Source: Scenedesmus sp. PABB004 (Eukaryota). From it: a DNA stretch of 64,000 nt. The first letter of the stretch is position 1. The number at the start of each line of letters is the position of its first letter. The notes under the pieces were generated by a model. That model did no database searches. It was given only the letters and a program-made list of their open reading frames with translations, and was not told the origin of the DNA. The position numbers and the translations under genes were made by a program. Below, in pieces: positions 1-11,541 of the stretch. The DNA is taken from the NCBI GenBank assembly GCA_014905635.1, contig JABVCE010000018.1, forward strand, positions 372,001 to 436,000, given 5' to 3'.

Positions 1-360
1 GGTTGCTGCGGGGCTGCCTCCTGTGCCTTTCGGCGCGCACCGCGCCGCGTCGTGAGTCAACCCGCTCGTGACCGGCGTGGCGGGCTCCGGCGGCGCCTGG
101 CACCAAGTTCTGGGGAACGGGGGGGGGGGGGGCAGCAGTGTTGCGCTGCGCCAAGAAACGCGCGCCCCGCGGTGAGCGCGCTGTCTGCGGCGGCGACGGC
201 GCGCCGTCGCTGGCACGGCGCCGGCGTCTGCGACCCTGGCGAGCGGCTGGGCTGCGAGCTCCGTGTTGCTGCTAAGTGCTGCGAGTCATCCTAATGTGCC
301 TGCCATGATCATCCGTGAGCGGCGAGCGGCCTCGCTCTGCACCGCTGTTGTAGCGGCTAG

Positions 361-365
361 TTACA
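361..365 (-). promoter_or_regulatory. Chlorophyte poly(A) signal TGTAA for LSG1
   Basis: TTACA on the + strand about 85 nt downstream of the LSG1 stop; UGUAA is the established chlorophyte polyadenylation signal. Confidence 0.6.
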
Positions 366-447
366 CACACACACACTGCGCTGGGGCAATGCGGGCAACG
401 ACAAGGACTGTTGTACACGCGGCACGCGCGCGTCGCGGCGCGGCGCG

Positions 448-3366
448 TCAGTACCCGCCGACGCGCACGAGGCCGCCCTTCTTGCCGGTGCTGAGCGCGG
501 CGCCGTCGTAGCCGCCCGCGTCGGCGGCCAGGCCGCGCGTTCCCTTGGTGCGGGGGGCCTTCTTGTGGAACTTGTGCTCCGCCCGCTTGGCCTTGGCGCG
601 CGGGCCCTCGCCCAGGCCCTCCAGCAGCTCCAGGTCGGCGTCGCTCAGCAGCAGCGCGCCCGCCGGCGGCGCGCCGGCGGCCTCGCCGCTGGCGCCGGCG
701 GCCGCGCCGCCGCCGCCGTTGTCGCTGCTGCTGCCGTCGTCGTCGCTGCTGCTGCTGCCGTCGCTGTCGTCGCTGCTGCTGCTGCTGCTGCCGCCGCCGC
801 TGCTGCCGCCCCCGCCTGGCGCTGCTCCTCGCGCTGCTGCGCCGCCGCCGTCGCCGCGGCCGCGGCGAGCTGCTGCTGCCAGCCCTGCGCGAGGCGCATG
901 CCGTTGACGCTGCCCGGCAGCGGCGCGACTGTCGGCGCCCAGCCGCGCCCCGCGGCGCAGCCCGGCGGCAGCCTGCAGAAGAGGAGCCTGCCGTTGGTGT
1001 AGTCCCGCAGGATCTGCCGCCCCGCGCGCACCTCGTCCGGCAGGCCCGCCGACGCGGCCCAGCCGCGCGCGCGCGCGAGCGCGCGCAGCAGCAGCGTGCC
1101 CGGCGACAGCGCCGCGGGCGCGTCGGGCGCCGCGGCGTCGCGCCCGGCGTCAAAGCCAGGCCCCAGCGCCGCGCCGTAGACGGCCTCGAGCTGCGGCCGG
1201 GCCACGCGCGCCGCGACGACCTCGATCGGCGCGCGCGTGTCAGTGAGGCGGTCAAGGCTGATCACGCCCGCGGCGACCATCTCCGCCTTGCTCGCCGCAA
1301 AGCGCGGGAACACCAGGCCTGCGCGGGGGGCGAGGCGCGCGGGTGAGGGGGCGGAGGGCCGGAGCGCGCGGCGCGGCGCGAGGCGGCGGGCGGCGCGCGG
1401 CTCGGGGCGGCGCGGCGCGCGCACCCGGGCAGTCGCAGAGGCAGCAGGTCGGCGAGACGTTGAGCGTCTGGAAGTGCTTCGTCTTGCCCGGCGTCGGCGC
1501 GACGGCGGTCTTCTTGGCGCCAAAGATGGCGTTGATCGTGGACGACTTGCCGACGTTGGGGTAACCCACCAGGCCGACCACGACGCGGCGCCCCGGGTCG
1601 GCCCTGCGCGGCGCGGCGCGGCGCGGGCGTGTGTGCGCGCGTGCGCGCGGCGCGAGGAGCGGCTGCGCGGGCCGCGCGCGGCGCGCGGCGCGCGCGCACC
1701 TGCGCGGGTCGTCGTCGCCCGCCGCCGCGACGGCGTCGCGCGCGAGGCCCTCCAGCAGCTCCAGCAGCTCCTCGACGCTGAGTATGCGCGTGCGCCCGCG
1801 CCCGCCCACCGCGCCCGCGCCCGCGCCGGCGCCCGCGACCGCCGCGGCGGCGGGGAGGCCGAGGAGCGCGTAAAAGTGCTCCAGCACCGCCGCGCTGCTC
1901 GGCGCCACCTCACCGACCGCGAGCGCGTCGTGCCGCGCGCGCGCCTGCGCCTCGGACGCGGCGAACGCCGACCAGAACCCGTAGCGCACGCCGGCCGCCT
2001 CAAAGTGGTCGGCCCACGCGGCCCGGACCTCCTCCGGCAGCAGGTCGGCCTTGTTCAGCAGCACAAAGCTGGCCTTGGTGGCGTGCAGCTCGCGCGCATA
2101 GGCGGCGAGGTCGGTGGAAAAGTAGGTCAGCGGGTCGCGCGCGTCCACGACCTGCGCCGGGCGGGCGGCCGGGGCGCGGGCGGGCGGGCGGGCGGGCGGG
2201 GCGGGCGCGGTAAGGGGGCGTGCGGCGTTTGTCAGCGCGGAGCGGCGCGCGGCGAGCAGCGGCGGCGGCGGCGCGCCTGCACGACGATGTCGGAGCGCTC
2301 GAGCACGCGCCAGAGCTGGCGCCAGACCTCGAGGTTGCGCTCAAAGGGGGTGAGCATCAGCCCCTCCTCCTCCTCCACCACCGCCAGCGCCCTGGGCGCC
2401 CGGCGGCGGCGGGGCGGGCGCGGTCGGCCGCCGGGCGGCGGCGGCGGCGCAGCAGCAGCGGCGGCGTCGGCGGCGGCCCAGCAACGCGGCGGCGGCGGCG
2501 GCGGCGGCGCGGCGCACCGGCGCCAGTCGAGGAAGGCGGCCTTCTCCTGCGCGTCGAGCTGCTCCGCCGTGGTGCTCGCGTCCCAGGCGGGGCGGCGGGG
2601 GATGACGAGCAGCGCCGCCGCGCGCGCCTCGGCCTCCGCGCGCAGCGCCGCGCTCTGCTCCGCCGCGAGCGTGCCGTGCGCGCTGCTGCCGACGACGACC
2701 GGCTGGTAGCGCTCCGCGGTGAAGTCCCGGTCCGCCAGCTCCGCCTGCGCGCGCCGGGGTGGCGTATGCGCGTGTGTGAGCGTGCGTGTTCCGGCAAAGG
2801 CCTGCGGGCTGCTCGCCGGCGCACCATGGCCATGAGCTCGTCGAGGTCGTTGCGCTCCAGGATGCTCTGCATGCCGCCGCCCATGTCGGTGGTGTGGCGG
2901 CCGCCAAAGTTGCCGCCGCCGCCGATCTGCGGGGCACGGGCGTGCGCGGCGGCAGCAGCGGTGAGCGAGCGCGGCGGCGGCGGCGGCACCCAGCGGCGCG
3001 CGCGCTGCTGCTGCCACGGGCTGTGCGCGTGGCGCGGCGCACTGGCCGCGCTCCCGACGCGGCCGCGGGGCCGCAGGGGGCGCGCCGGCGCCGGGGCGGG
3101 CGCGACTGCACGCGCCATGCGCGGCGCCGCCCCCGGCCGTCGCCGCGCCATGACGCCCCCGCGCGGCGCCCCGGGAGTGCCGCCACAGCAGCAGCGTCCC
3201 GCCGCGCCGCGGGCCGGCCCGCGCCGGGCCCGCCGGCGCCCGCCAGGCGCCCCGGCCGCCCGCTCCGCAGCCCGGGCGCGGCGACGCGCACCTTGTGCCG
3301 TTTCGTGAGCGCGCTCCCCACTTTGGTGCCCCCCTGCGACCGCGCCTTGCCGTTGTGCTTCCCCAT
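448..3366 (-). CDS. LSG1: Large-subunit GTPase 1 homolog (circularly permuted GTPase, 60S biogenesis), about 7 exons
   Basis: Exons give MGKHNGK..., LTPFERNLEVWRQLWRVLERSDIVVQ|VVDARDPL, LLNKADLL (G4), VGLVGYPNVGKSSTINA (G1), TPGKTKHFQT, LCDCPG|LVFP and GRQILRDYTNGRLLFC. The C-terminus ...KGGLVRVGGY* (stop 448-450) needs a 1-nt frame correction near 810. Confidence 0.93.
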
Positions 3367-3752
3367 CGCGCCGCCGCCGCCGACGCGCCGGCGCCGCCGC
3401 TCGCCGCCCGCCGCTTGCGTGTGCTGCGCGCCGCTCGGTGGCTGCCCGTGCGGTGCGAGGTGGTGGCGCCGGTGATGTGGCGCGCGGCGGCCGCTCCCGG
3501 GCAGCGGCCGGCGGGGCGCGGTTTTTGACGGCGCCGCCGCTCCACCGCGTCCCTGCTTTTCCAGACACGCCGCCAGCGCTTCCCCGGTCGATCTCCTGGC
3601 CCGGGCCGCAGCTGCCCGCTCGCCCGTCGCGGTCTCGCTCGCGCGCGCGCGCGCGCCGACGCCGCCGCCCGCCTCGCGGCGCCCGCCGCCGCCGCCCCGG
3701 CCGGATCGGCCCGCGCCCGCAGCGCCGCGCGGCTCCCGCGCACCCGCCAGCC

Positions 3753-5942
3753 ATGGCGCGCGCCGCCCGCGCCGCCGCCCGCGCGGCGGTTGCGCTCCTC
3801 GTGCTCACCTCGTTTGCCGCAGCCGCGGCCGCGAGGCCGCTGGAGGGCCCCCAGGGTGTGCTGCCGCGCCGACGCGGGGCGCCGCTCTGCGCCGCGCAAG
3901 CCGCCACCTGCTGCGCGCCGCCCTCCGCGCGCGCCGCCGCGCAGGCCGCGCCCTGCTGCAGTCGAGCGGCGCAGCCAGCAGCCCCGCCCCCGAGCCGGCC
4001 AACTCCAGCGCGGCGGCCACGGCCATCGCGCGTGCGCTGGGCAGCGGCGACGCGCGCGCGGCGGCCAACGCGATCTCGCGCGCGCTCAGCAGCGGCGACG
4101 CCTCCGCCGTGGCCGCTGCATTCTCGGTCGCGCTCGCGGCAGGTGCGCGCACGTGCGGGCCGACCGGGAGCGCCGGCGTGCGCGCTGGCGCCTGCCGGCA
4201 GCTGCCGGCGGCAGCTGCGCCGCCCTTGCGCCCCGAGGCCGCCGCCGCCGCTGCTGCGCGCACCCCACCCGGCAGGGAACGCGTCGACCGTGGCCAACGC
4301 CCTGTCGCAGGCCGCGTCCTCGGGCGCCAACAGCACCGCGCTCGCGCAGGCCGCCGCGCAGGCGACCTCGGCCACGCCCACCGCGGGGAGCAAGGTGCGG
4401 CGGCGTGCGCCGCTCGCAGGACGCGCGCGCGGGCGCTCGCAGGACAGGCACGCGCGCGCACGCGCCCGCCCGGCGCAGCGCGCTGAGCCGCGCGCCGCCC
4501 GCGCCGCGTGCAGGCGCCCGCCGCGAGCAGCCTCGCCGACGCGGTGAGCCGCGCGGACACTTCTGCGGTCACCCAGGCGCTCACCAACAACTACCGCAGT
4601 GAGCGCGGCTCGGCGCCGCCGCCGCCGCAGCGCTGGTTGAGGGTTCAGGGGGGCCACCGCCAGCCCCCGCACCGCCCCCCCCCCCCCCGCCGCAGGCTCC
4701 GTGACCGCGGTCGCGACGTCCAGCTCCCAGACCATCACCGAGGCGCGCAACGCGTCGGCGGCGGCGGTGGCCGCAGCCGTGGCGGCCGCGTGCAGCGGCA
4801 GCGCGAGCGCGGCGGCCCAGGCGCTAGCGACTGCCGTGGCTAATGCCAGCGCGTCGGCGTTCGCGGAGGCGACCGCAGCTGTCACGGTCGAGGGTGCGCG
4901 GCGTCGAGGGAGCGCAGCGGGCGGGCCGGGGTTTAGGGTTTAGGGTTTAGGACCCCCTAAACCCCTCTTAAACCCTTAACCCTAGCGCGCGCGCAGCTGC
5001 AGCTGTAAGCCCCACACCCGGCCGCCCGCCGCGGCCGCCGGGCTCGCAGGCACGGGGTCTGGCTGCGCCGACGCGTCTGCCTCTGCGTCGGCGGTGGCCG
5101 AGGCGGTCGCGCGCGCTGTGGCGGACGCGTTTGCCCAGGCAACGTCCGGCTGCGCCGCCGCCACGAGCGCGGCGCGCGCCGAGGACGTGCAGCGCGCGAT
5201 CGCGACCGCCATCGCCACCGCGTCGGCGTCCGCCTGCTCCACAGGTGCGCGCGCTGCAGCTGCGCTGCCGCGCGCGCTGGGCTGCAGCGGCAGCGATGCC
5301 ATGCAGCCCGCCGCCCGTCCGCACACACGGCCTCCCGCTGCGCCGACCCGCAGGCGGCACCGCGAGCGCCACCGCGCAGGCCGTCGCGACCAGCGTGGCG
5401 TCCGCCACCGCGCAGTCGTTTGCTCAGGCCCTCGCCGCCGCTACCGGGCCGTGCGGGGCGTGCCGCAACGTCAGCCCCGCGCCCGCGCTCGCGGCGTCGC
5501 CGGCCGGCAGCCCCGCGCCTGCAGGAGGCGTCAGCGCGGCGGCGGTCTCGCCCTCCCCGTCTCCCTCGCCGGCACCGGCCTCACCGGCGCCTCGGCCCAG
5601 CCCCAGCCCTTCCCCCTCCCCCAGCCCCTCCCCAGCCCCAGCCCCTCCCCCTCGCCGGCGCCGGCGCCCGGCGGCGCGGCGGCGCAGCCGGCGCGCGCCT
5701 GCCCGCCGTGGATCCAGGCGAGCGAGTGCTGCCGCTCGGCCACGCCGCCGAGCGCGTGCTGGAACTGCGGCTCGCCCTTTGGCTGCCAGTACCAGCTGGT
5801 CGCGCAAAGGCCGCCTACGTGGCAGGACAAGTTCAGCCAGCAGCGCTGCGCGTGCGTGCAGGGCGGCGCGCCCGGCGGCTTTGGCGGCTTTGGCGGCGGC
5901 GGCTTCGGCCGCGGCGGCGGCCGCGGCGGCGGCCGGCCGTGA
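3753..5942 (+). CDS. Secreted Ala/Ser-rich protein with (SP)n extensin-like stretch, Cys-rich C-terminal module and Gly-rich tail (cell wall/ECM candidate), about 7 exons
   Basis: Signal peptide [27 protein letters not shown], then RALLQ, Ala-rich helical repeats, SPSPSP, ACPPWIQASECCRS...CWNCGSPFGCQYQ...RCAC and GGFGGFGGGGFGRGGGRGGGRP*. GT-AG junctions give in-frame joins; 1-nt frameshift near 5630. Confidence 0.7.
4929..4985. repeat. Intronic interstitial telomere-type repeat, (TTTAGGG)n followed by degenerate (CCCTAAA)n
   Basis: gggtttagggtttagggtttagg-acc-ccctaaacccctcttaaacccttaaccctag, read directly. Confidence 0.85.
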
Positions 5943-6483
5943 GCAGCGCGGCGACGTGTGCGCAGCGCGCAGCGTGGTCGACGCGCGCGGCAGCTTGACC
6001 CCCAGCGCGAGGCGCGGCGCGGCGCGGTTGGAATAATCGGGGGCGGCGCCGCGCGCGCGCGAGCTTGACGACCACCACCCCCTGTCACACACTCAGGCCT
6101 GCATGCTGTGCGTTCTTGCCCGCATCCCACCCTTTGATTAGACCATGTGCCCCCCGGAGGCAGCCCCTGCTGGCAACACGAGCGGGGCGCGCGCGCGGCC
6201 GCGGGCGCTCGCAACGCAGCCCACATGTGGCTGTACAGCGCCGTCGCCGCCCACGCGCGCCCAAACGTTGGATCGGTCACCTCCGCCCCGCAAACGTTGA
6301 TCACCCCGCGACGCACACAGTTCCCCGCTGTCGATCGCAGGCGGGCGCCGAGTGAGCAGTGCAGTCCCTGCCCCGCGCCCCCGTGCCCCGCGCCCCCGCG
6401 CCCCCGCGCCGTTGCCAGCTGCAGTGCAGTTTTCGGGCGTTCGCGCCAGCCAGTGCTCGCGCCGCGTGCTCGTTGACTCGAAT

Positions 6484-9400
6484 TCAGTCCAGGATCGTCT
6501 GCATGCTCTGCTTCGTCTCCTTGTCCAGCGCCGCCTGCGCGGCCGCGACGTCGCCGAGGTCCGCCGCCGGCGCGCCGCCGCCCATGCCGGCCGGCCGCGG
6601 CGGCAGCTTGAGCCGCCCCGGCATCACAGGCTCGCCGACCGGCGTGCCGTCGACGCTCGCGAGCACCTGCGCGGCCGCGCGGCGCGCGGCGCGGTCGGGG
6701 GCTGCGGCGGCGGGCGGCGGCCGGGCGCGCGCCGAGGCGCCGGCCGCCGCTGTGCGCTGCGCGACGCACCGTCTCCTCGTGCTCGGTGCTGTCCATGGTC
6801 TTGGCGAGCTCCAGCGTCGCATTCAGCCAGAGCAGGCACACGCCGACAAACACCACGGCCGTGAAGGGCAGCGCGGCGGCCATCGACCCGGTCGCCAGCA
6901 GCGCAGCCTGCGCGGCGGCGGGCGCGGTGGCGGCGGCGGGCGCGGCGGCGGGCGCGTTGGTGCCCTGCCAGCGCTCCACGCCGCGCGGCGGCGCCGGCGC
7001 TGGCAGCAGGCCGCCGTGCCGCGTGCCCGCCCTGCCGCCTGCCGGCGCCGCCTGCCGGCGCGCGCCGCGCGTGTCGCGCGCCTGCATGAGCCAGCTGCCG
7101 CCGCTCTTGGCGATGCTGTTGCCGAGCACGTCGACCGCCGCCTTGCCGGCCTCCTTCTCGCGGCGGTCCATGGTGATGAACACCATTTCCTGCGGCGCGC
7201 ACGCACGCACGGCGGCGGTGTGTGTGAGTGGGGGGCAGGGCTTAGGGCTCAGCCGAGCCGGGCCGAGCTGAGCCGAGCCGGGCCGGCCCGAGCTGAACTG
7301 AGGTGAGCTGAGGCAAGCCGAGGTGAGGTGAGGTGAGGTGAGGTGAGGTGAGCTAGGCAGTCGGCACCCCACCTTGGCGGGGTCAAAGAGGCTGTACTTG
7401 GCGGACCGCCCAAACACCTGCGGCGGCCGGCAGCGGCGGCGGCGACGCCAGCGTCAGCGCCGGGCCTGCGCCGCGGCGCCCGCGCATCCCGTGGGCCGGG
7501 CGCCGCCGCCACTGCCGCCCCGCGCCTGCGTGACGATGCCGGCGGCGGGCCGACCGCGACCAGCGCGGCCAGGAGGCTGCCGGGCACGGCCGCGCCGGCC
7601 GGGACCATGCTGCCTGCGCGCGTGCCGGCCAGGAGGCAGCGGCGGCGTCAGTGCCGGGGCGGCTGGGTCGCCGCCGGCGGCACAGGGCACCCGGCGGGGC
7701 CGCGCTTGCAGCCCGGCCAGGCAGCCCACCTGCAAAGAACACGGCACCGCTGGCCAGGCAGACGAGGGGCGTCATCAGCGCTGCGCCCCGCCAGCCCAGG
7801 CGCTGCGCGGTGCGGACGGCCACGGCGCGGCGCGGGCGAGCGTTGCTGCGCGGCGCCTGCGCGCGCCCGCCACCCGAGCGGCCCTGCGCCCCGCAGACAC
7901 ACATGACACACACATGACACACACATGACACACACATGGCACACACATGACACACGCATGACACACGCATGACACACGCATGACACACACATGACACACA
8001 CATGACACACACATGACACACACATGACACACAGCCCAGCACGCACCTGGAAGAAGAACTTGCTGACCAGCATGAGGCACACCGTCGCGGCGCCTGCGGG
8101 GGCGCGCAGCGGCGGCGGCGGCGGCGGCGGGCGTGCGCGCGGCGCCTGCGGGGGCGCGGCGGGGGCGCGCACGCGGTGTGTGAAACGCGGCGCACCCGTG
8201 AACGAGGCGACGTCGCCCATGACCGTGGCGTACTGCGTGGTGCTCGGATAGAGAGCCTTCATCTGACCCTTCCAAGCAAAGCCAAAGAGCTTGTGACTGA
8301 TGCCGTAGCCCATCACCAGCAGGGTGAGGTTGAGGATGCGCGGCGAGCTCCTGTGCGCGCGCGCGAAAGCGTCGGCCCGGCGCGCCGGCGCGGCGCGGCC
8401 AGGCGGCGCGCCGCCGGGGGCGCGCCGCACCGCAGCAACTCCATCGTGCCCTGGCGCTTCTCGCCGCCCGCCGGCGCGCCCGCCTTGGCCGCCTTAGCCG
8501 GCTTGGGCGGCCGCTCCGCCTTGGTGACGTGGGGGAAGACGGCCGAGTCCATCCACAGCCGCACAGCGCTCATGCAGGCGGTGACCACCAGAACCGCGCA
8601 GATCAGCAGCTGCGGCGGCGCGGCGCGGCGGGGCGGGACGCGCGCGGGCTCGACGCCGCCCGCGGCCCCGCGCCCGCGGCCGCGCCCGCGGCGGCGGCGG
8701 CGCGCGCCTGCAGCGCGAGGCGCTCGTCGCCGCCCGCGAGGCGCTGGCCGACAAAGCGCGTGAACGACCCCGCCGCGATGAGGCCGACGTTGGCGAGGAT
8801 GCCGAGCTTGGGATAGACCTGGCGGTGGCGTGCGTGTGCGTGTGCGTGTGAGTGGGTGCGCGTGTGCGTGTCAGCGCGGCTGCTCGCCAGATTGCCCCTG
8901 GAGGGAGAAGCGCCTGGCCGCGCGCCGCCGGGCCGGCCGGGGCGCGCGCGCGGGCGCGCGCGGCGCACGTCCTTGGCCTCCTCCACGCTGCACACGTCGT
9001 CGGCGAGCGACCTGCGGCGCGGCGGCGCGGGCGTGGGCGTCGCGGGCGCGCAGCGCGGCGGGCGCAGGGCGGCGACGCCCGCGCGTGCGCGCGCCGGCGC
9101 GGCGCGGCGCGGCGCGGGGCGCGCTGCTGGGCAGGCGCACCAGAACAGGAGCGAGATGGCCACGCTGCCCCAGAGCTCGGCGACGATGAAGAACAGGGCA
9201 AAGGTCCAGTGCGCGCCGACGCGGACAAAGCAGGCGAGGCTGTCGGGCAGCGTCGCAATGCAGCGCTCCGCCGCGGCCACAGGGTGCAGGATGTGCGCGT
9301 TGGGGAGCAGCACCGCGGCAAAGAGGGCAAAGAAGGCAGCGAGCGGCGCGAGCGCGGCGTGAAACACCGCGCGCGGCGGGAGGCGCTTGTTCTGCGCGCG

Positions 9401-10091
9401 GCGCGGCGGCGGTGTGCGCGCGGTGTGCGTGCGCGGGCCGCGGGCCGCGGCGGCGGCGCGCCCCCGGGGCGCGCTGGGCCGCGGCGGCCGGGCCCGGGCG
9501 GCGCCGCGCGCTGGCGTGCGGCCGCCGCGGCGCGCGCCGAGGCCGCCGCACCAGGGTGTCAAAGTACACGAAGAAGGCGAGCGAGGCGGGGAGCACGCCA
9601 AACGCGGTGATGAGGGGCAGCGCCTCCGCGCCGCAGCTCGTCACGATGATGGCGTCGCGCAGGGACTGGAGCACCGTGTAGTTCACCGTCGCGCACAAAA
9701 AAATTAGCGCCAGCGCGCCGACCTTGAGCGGAAAGATGCGAGCGGCGGGCGCACCGGCGGCGCCCGCCGCGGCCGACGCGCGCACGCCCTGGCCCCGCTG
9801 GCTGAGCTGCTGGCTGGGCCCGGGGAAGCTGCCCGCGCCGCTGCCAGGGCAGCCGCCCGCGCCGGTGATGCCGGCGCGCACGAGCCGCGGCAAGGGCGCC
9901 GCCGCCGCCGCGGGCTGGCACCGAGACGGCGCGGCCGCCGGCGAGCGCGTGCAGCCCGAGCTGATCAACCCAAAGCACGCTGTCGGGCGCTGAGCAGCGC
10001 GCGATCGGGGAGCGTGGGCGGCGGCCATCTGGCGGCGCGCTGCCGCCGACGCCGGCGCCAGGCCGCGCGGGCGCGCGAGCGAGGACGCCAT
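6484..10091 (-). CDS. TLC/NTT-family plastid nucleotide (ATP/ADP-type) transporter, divergent; multi-exon
   Basis: Transit-like N-terminus; NYTVLQSLRDAIIVTSCGAEALP, WTFALFFIVAELWGSVAISLLFW, SVEEAK..YP, SAKYSLFDPAK|EMVFI and GKAAVDVLGNSIAKSGGSWLMQ match TLC family motifs. Confidence 0.9.
7250..7352. repeat. Intronic pentamer microsatellite (GAGCY grading into GAGGT repeats)
   Basis: gagccg/gagctg units followed by gaggtgaggtgaggt... inside an NTT intron. Confidence 0.8.
7896..8033. repeat. Intronic 11-bp minisatellite (ACACACATGAC)n, about 12 copies
   Basis: Direct tandem copies with occasional A>G variants; produces spurious CVMCVSCVCHV ORFs. Confidence 0.9.
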
Positions 10092-10475
10092 GGTGGGCGA
10101 GCGAGATTCCGACAGATGGCGGCCTCGGCGAGCTGCTCTCGACGGCGCTTGGGGCAGATCGATGCCCGCTGCTGCCGCCGCCGATCTGCTGGCCGCGCGG
10201 AGCGTGCGCCTTGCCGCGCTCGGGGCGGTGTGCGACATTACCGGGGCCACGGACGCCAGCCAGAAACGAGCCCGCGGCGGCTGCGGCCGCCGCACGGGGT
10301 TCTGCAGAGCGCGGCCCTCGCCGACAAGGGCACAGCACCGCCCGCGCCCGACCAGGGCGTGCCCCGCCAGGCCGCGCCGCCACGCCCGCCCCCAAAAGCC
10401 CACGTGAGGCACGCGGCCCCAGCCTAGGCCCAAGCGCAGACCCCGCACGCGCGCCTCCCGCGCCGCGCAGCCGGG

Positions 10476-10871
10476 TCAGCCAGGGCCGACCTTGGGGATG
10501 TCGTGGTGCTCGCTGAGCGACTGGAGGTGCTCGTTGAACTCCTTCACGCGCTCGCGGTAGCCCTTGACCGCCTGCTTCTTCAGCCGCTCCTCCTCGAGCG
10601 CGCGCAGGCGCTCCTCGTGCTTCCGCTCCGCCGTGGTGCGGCGGTCCGCGTCGGCCGGCAGCTCCGGCAGGACGAAGCCGTCCCGCGCCCTGACCGGCTC
10701 GCCGGCCTTGGCCTTGTCGCCGTCGGCGGCGCCGTCGGCGGCGCCGTCGGGCGCGCTCGCGAGCGCGAGCTCGCCGCCGGTCGACTTTTTCTTCTTCTTC
10801 TTGACGCCGCCCTTGAGCGGCTCGCCACCCTTGAGCTTGAGCTTGCCGCCCGTGAAGCCGCCGGACGACAT
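10476..10871 (-). CDS. FAM32A: FAM32A-family small basic protein, single exon
   Basis: MSSGGFTGGKLKLKG...KKKKKK, RTTAERKHEE and ERVKEFNEHLQSLSEHHDIPKVGPG*, the family's characteristic C-terminus. Confidence 0.9.
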   Translation of the reverse strand: MSSGGFTGGKLKLKGGEPLKGGVKKKKKKSTGGELALASAPDGAADGAADGDKAKAGEPVRARDGFVLPELPADADRRTTAERKHEERLRALEEERLKKQAVKGYRERVKEFNEHLQSLSEHHDIPKVGPG

Positions 10872-10980
10872 CGTGCCGGGGAGCCCGCGGGCGAGGGGAC
10901 CCCGGAGGGCGGGCAGGCGCGGGCGGTTGCTGCCGCCGCGGCGCGACGACTGGCGGCCTGCAGCTAGTCGCGACGGCTCC

Positions 10981-11223
10981 TCACTGGCGCGCAAAGGTGG
11001 GATCGGCGGTGACGTAGTGGTAGACGACGAGCAGGAACATGATCAGGATGCCCAGCCAGCTCTGCGGCGGCGGGCAGCGGCGCGCCGCAATCACCGCCGC
11101 GCCGCGGCGCGCACCCCCGTCGCCACGCCCCGCACGCCCTCCCTAGGGACGTCCCCGCATCCGGGGCGCACGGGGGCACCGCCGCACCGTGAACTCGCCC
11201 AGCTCCTTGTCGCCAAAAGCCAT
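10981..11223 (-). CDS. OST4: Oligosaccharyltransferase subunit 4 (38 aa; exons 11223-11188 and 11061-10981)
   Basis: Splicing the GT-AG intron 11187-11062 gives MAFGDKELGEFTSWLGILIMFLLVVYHYVTADPTFARQ*, with the OST4 hallmark LG...LVV.YHYVTADP. Not in the ORF track. Confidence 0.9.
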
Positions 11224-11541
11224 CGTCCTGCTGCGGTGGCCCGCGTGCCCCGTGGCCTGGGCCGAGGCGGCGGAGGCGGGCGCTGCGGTGGTCCCACGGG
11301 CTCTGCGCGGCGGGCCGGGACTGCGTGCGGCCGGAGTCCAACGGTTTGCGCCGCAGCAGCCGAGCGGGCGGCGCCGCGCTTCTGCCGGCGTGGCGCGGCT
11401 TGTGCACAGCGAGCGCGGGAGCGAGGGCCCACGTCCGCCACTGCACGATCCCCCGGCCAGCGGCGGCAGCCGCCCACCCGCCGCGCCGGCAGTGGCAGCG
11501 GCAGCAGTGGCGCCGCCGCGCCGCTGCCGCGCCGCGCAGCG

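Noticed and set aside
7383..8430. Cys/His-rich metallothionein- or cytochrome-like ORFs (CVMCVSCVCHV)
   Set aside because: Translation of an intronic 11-bp minisatellite.
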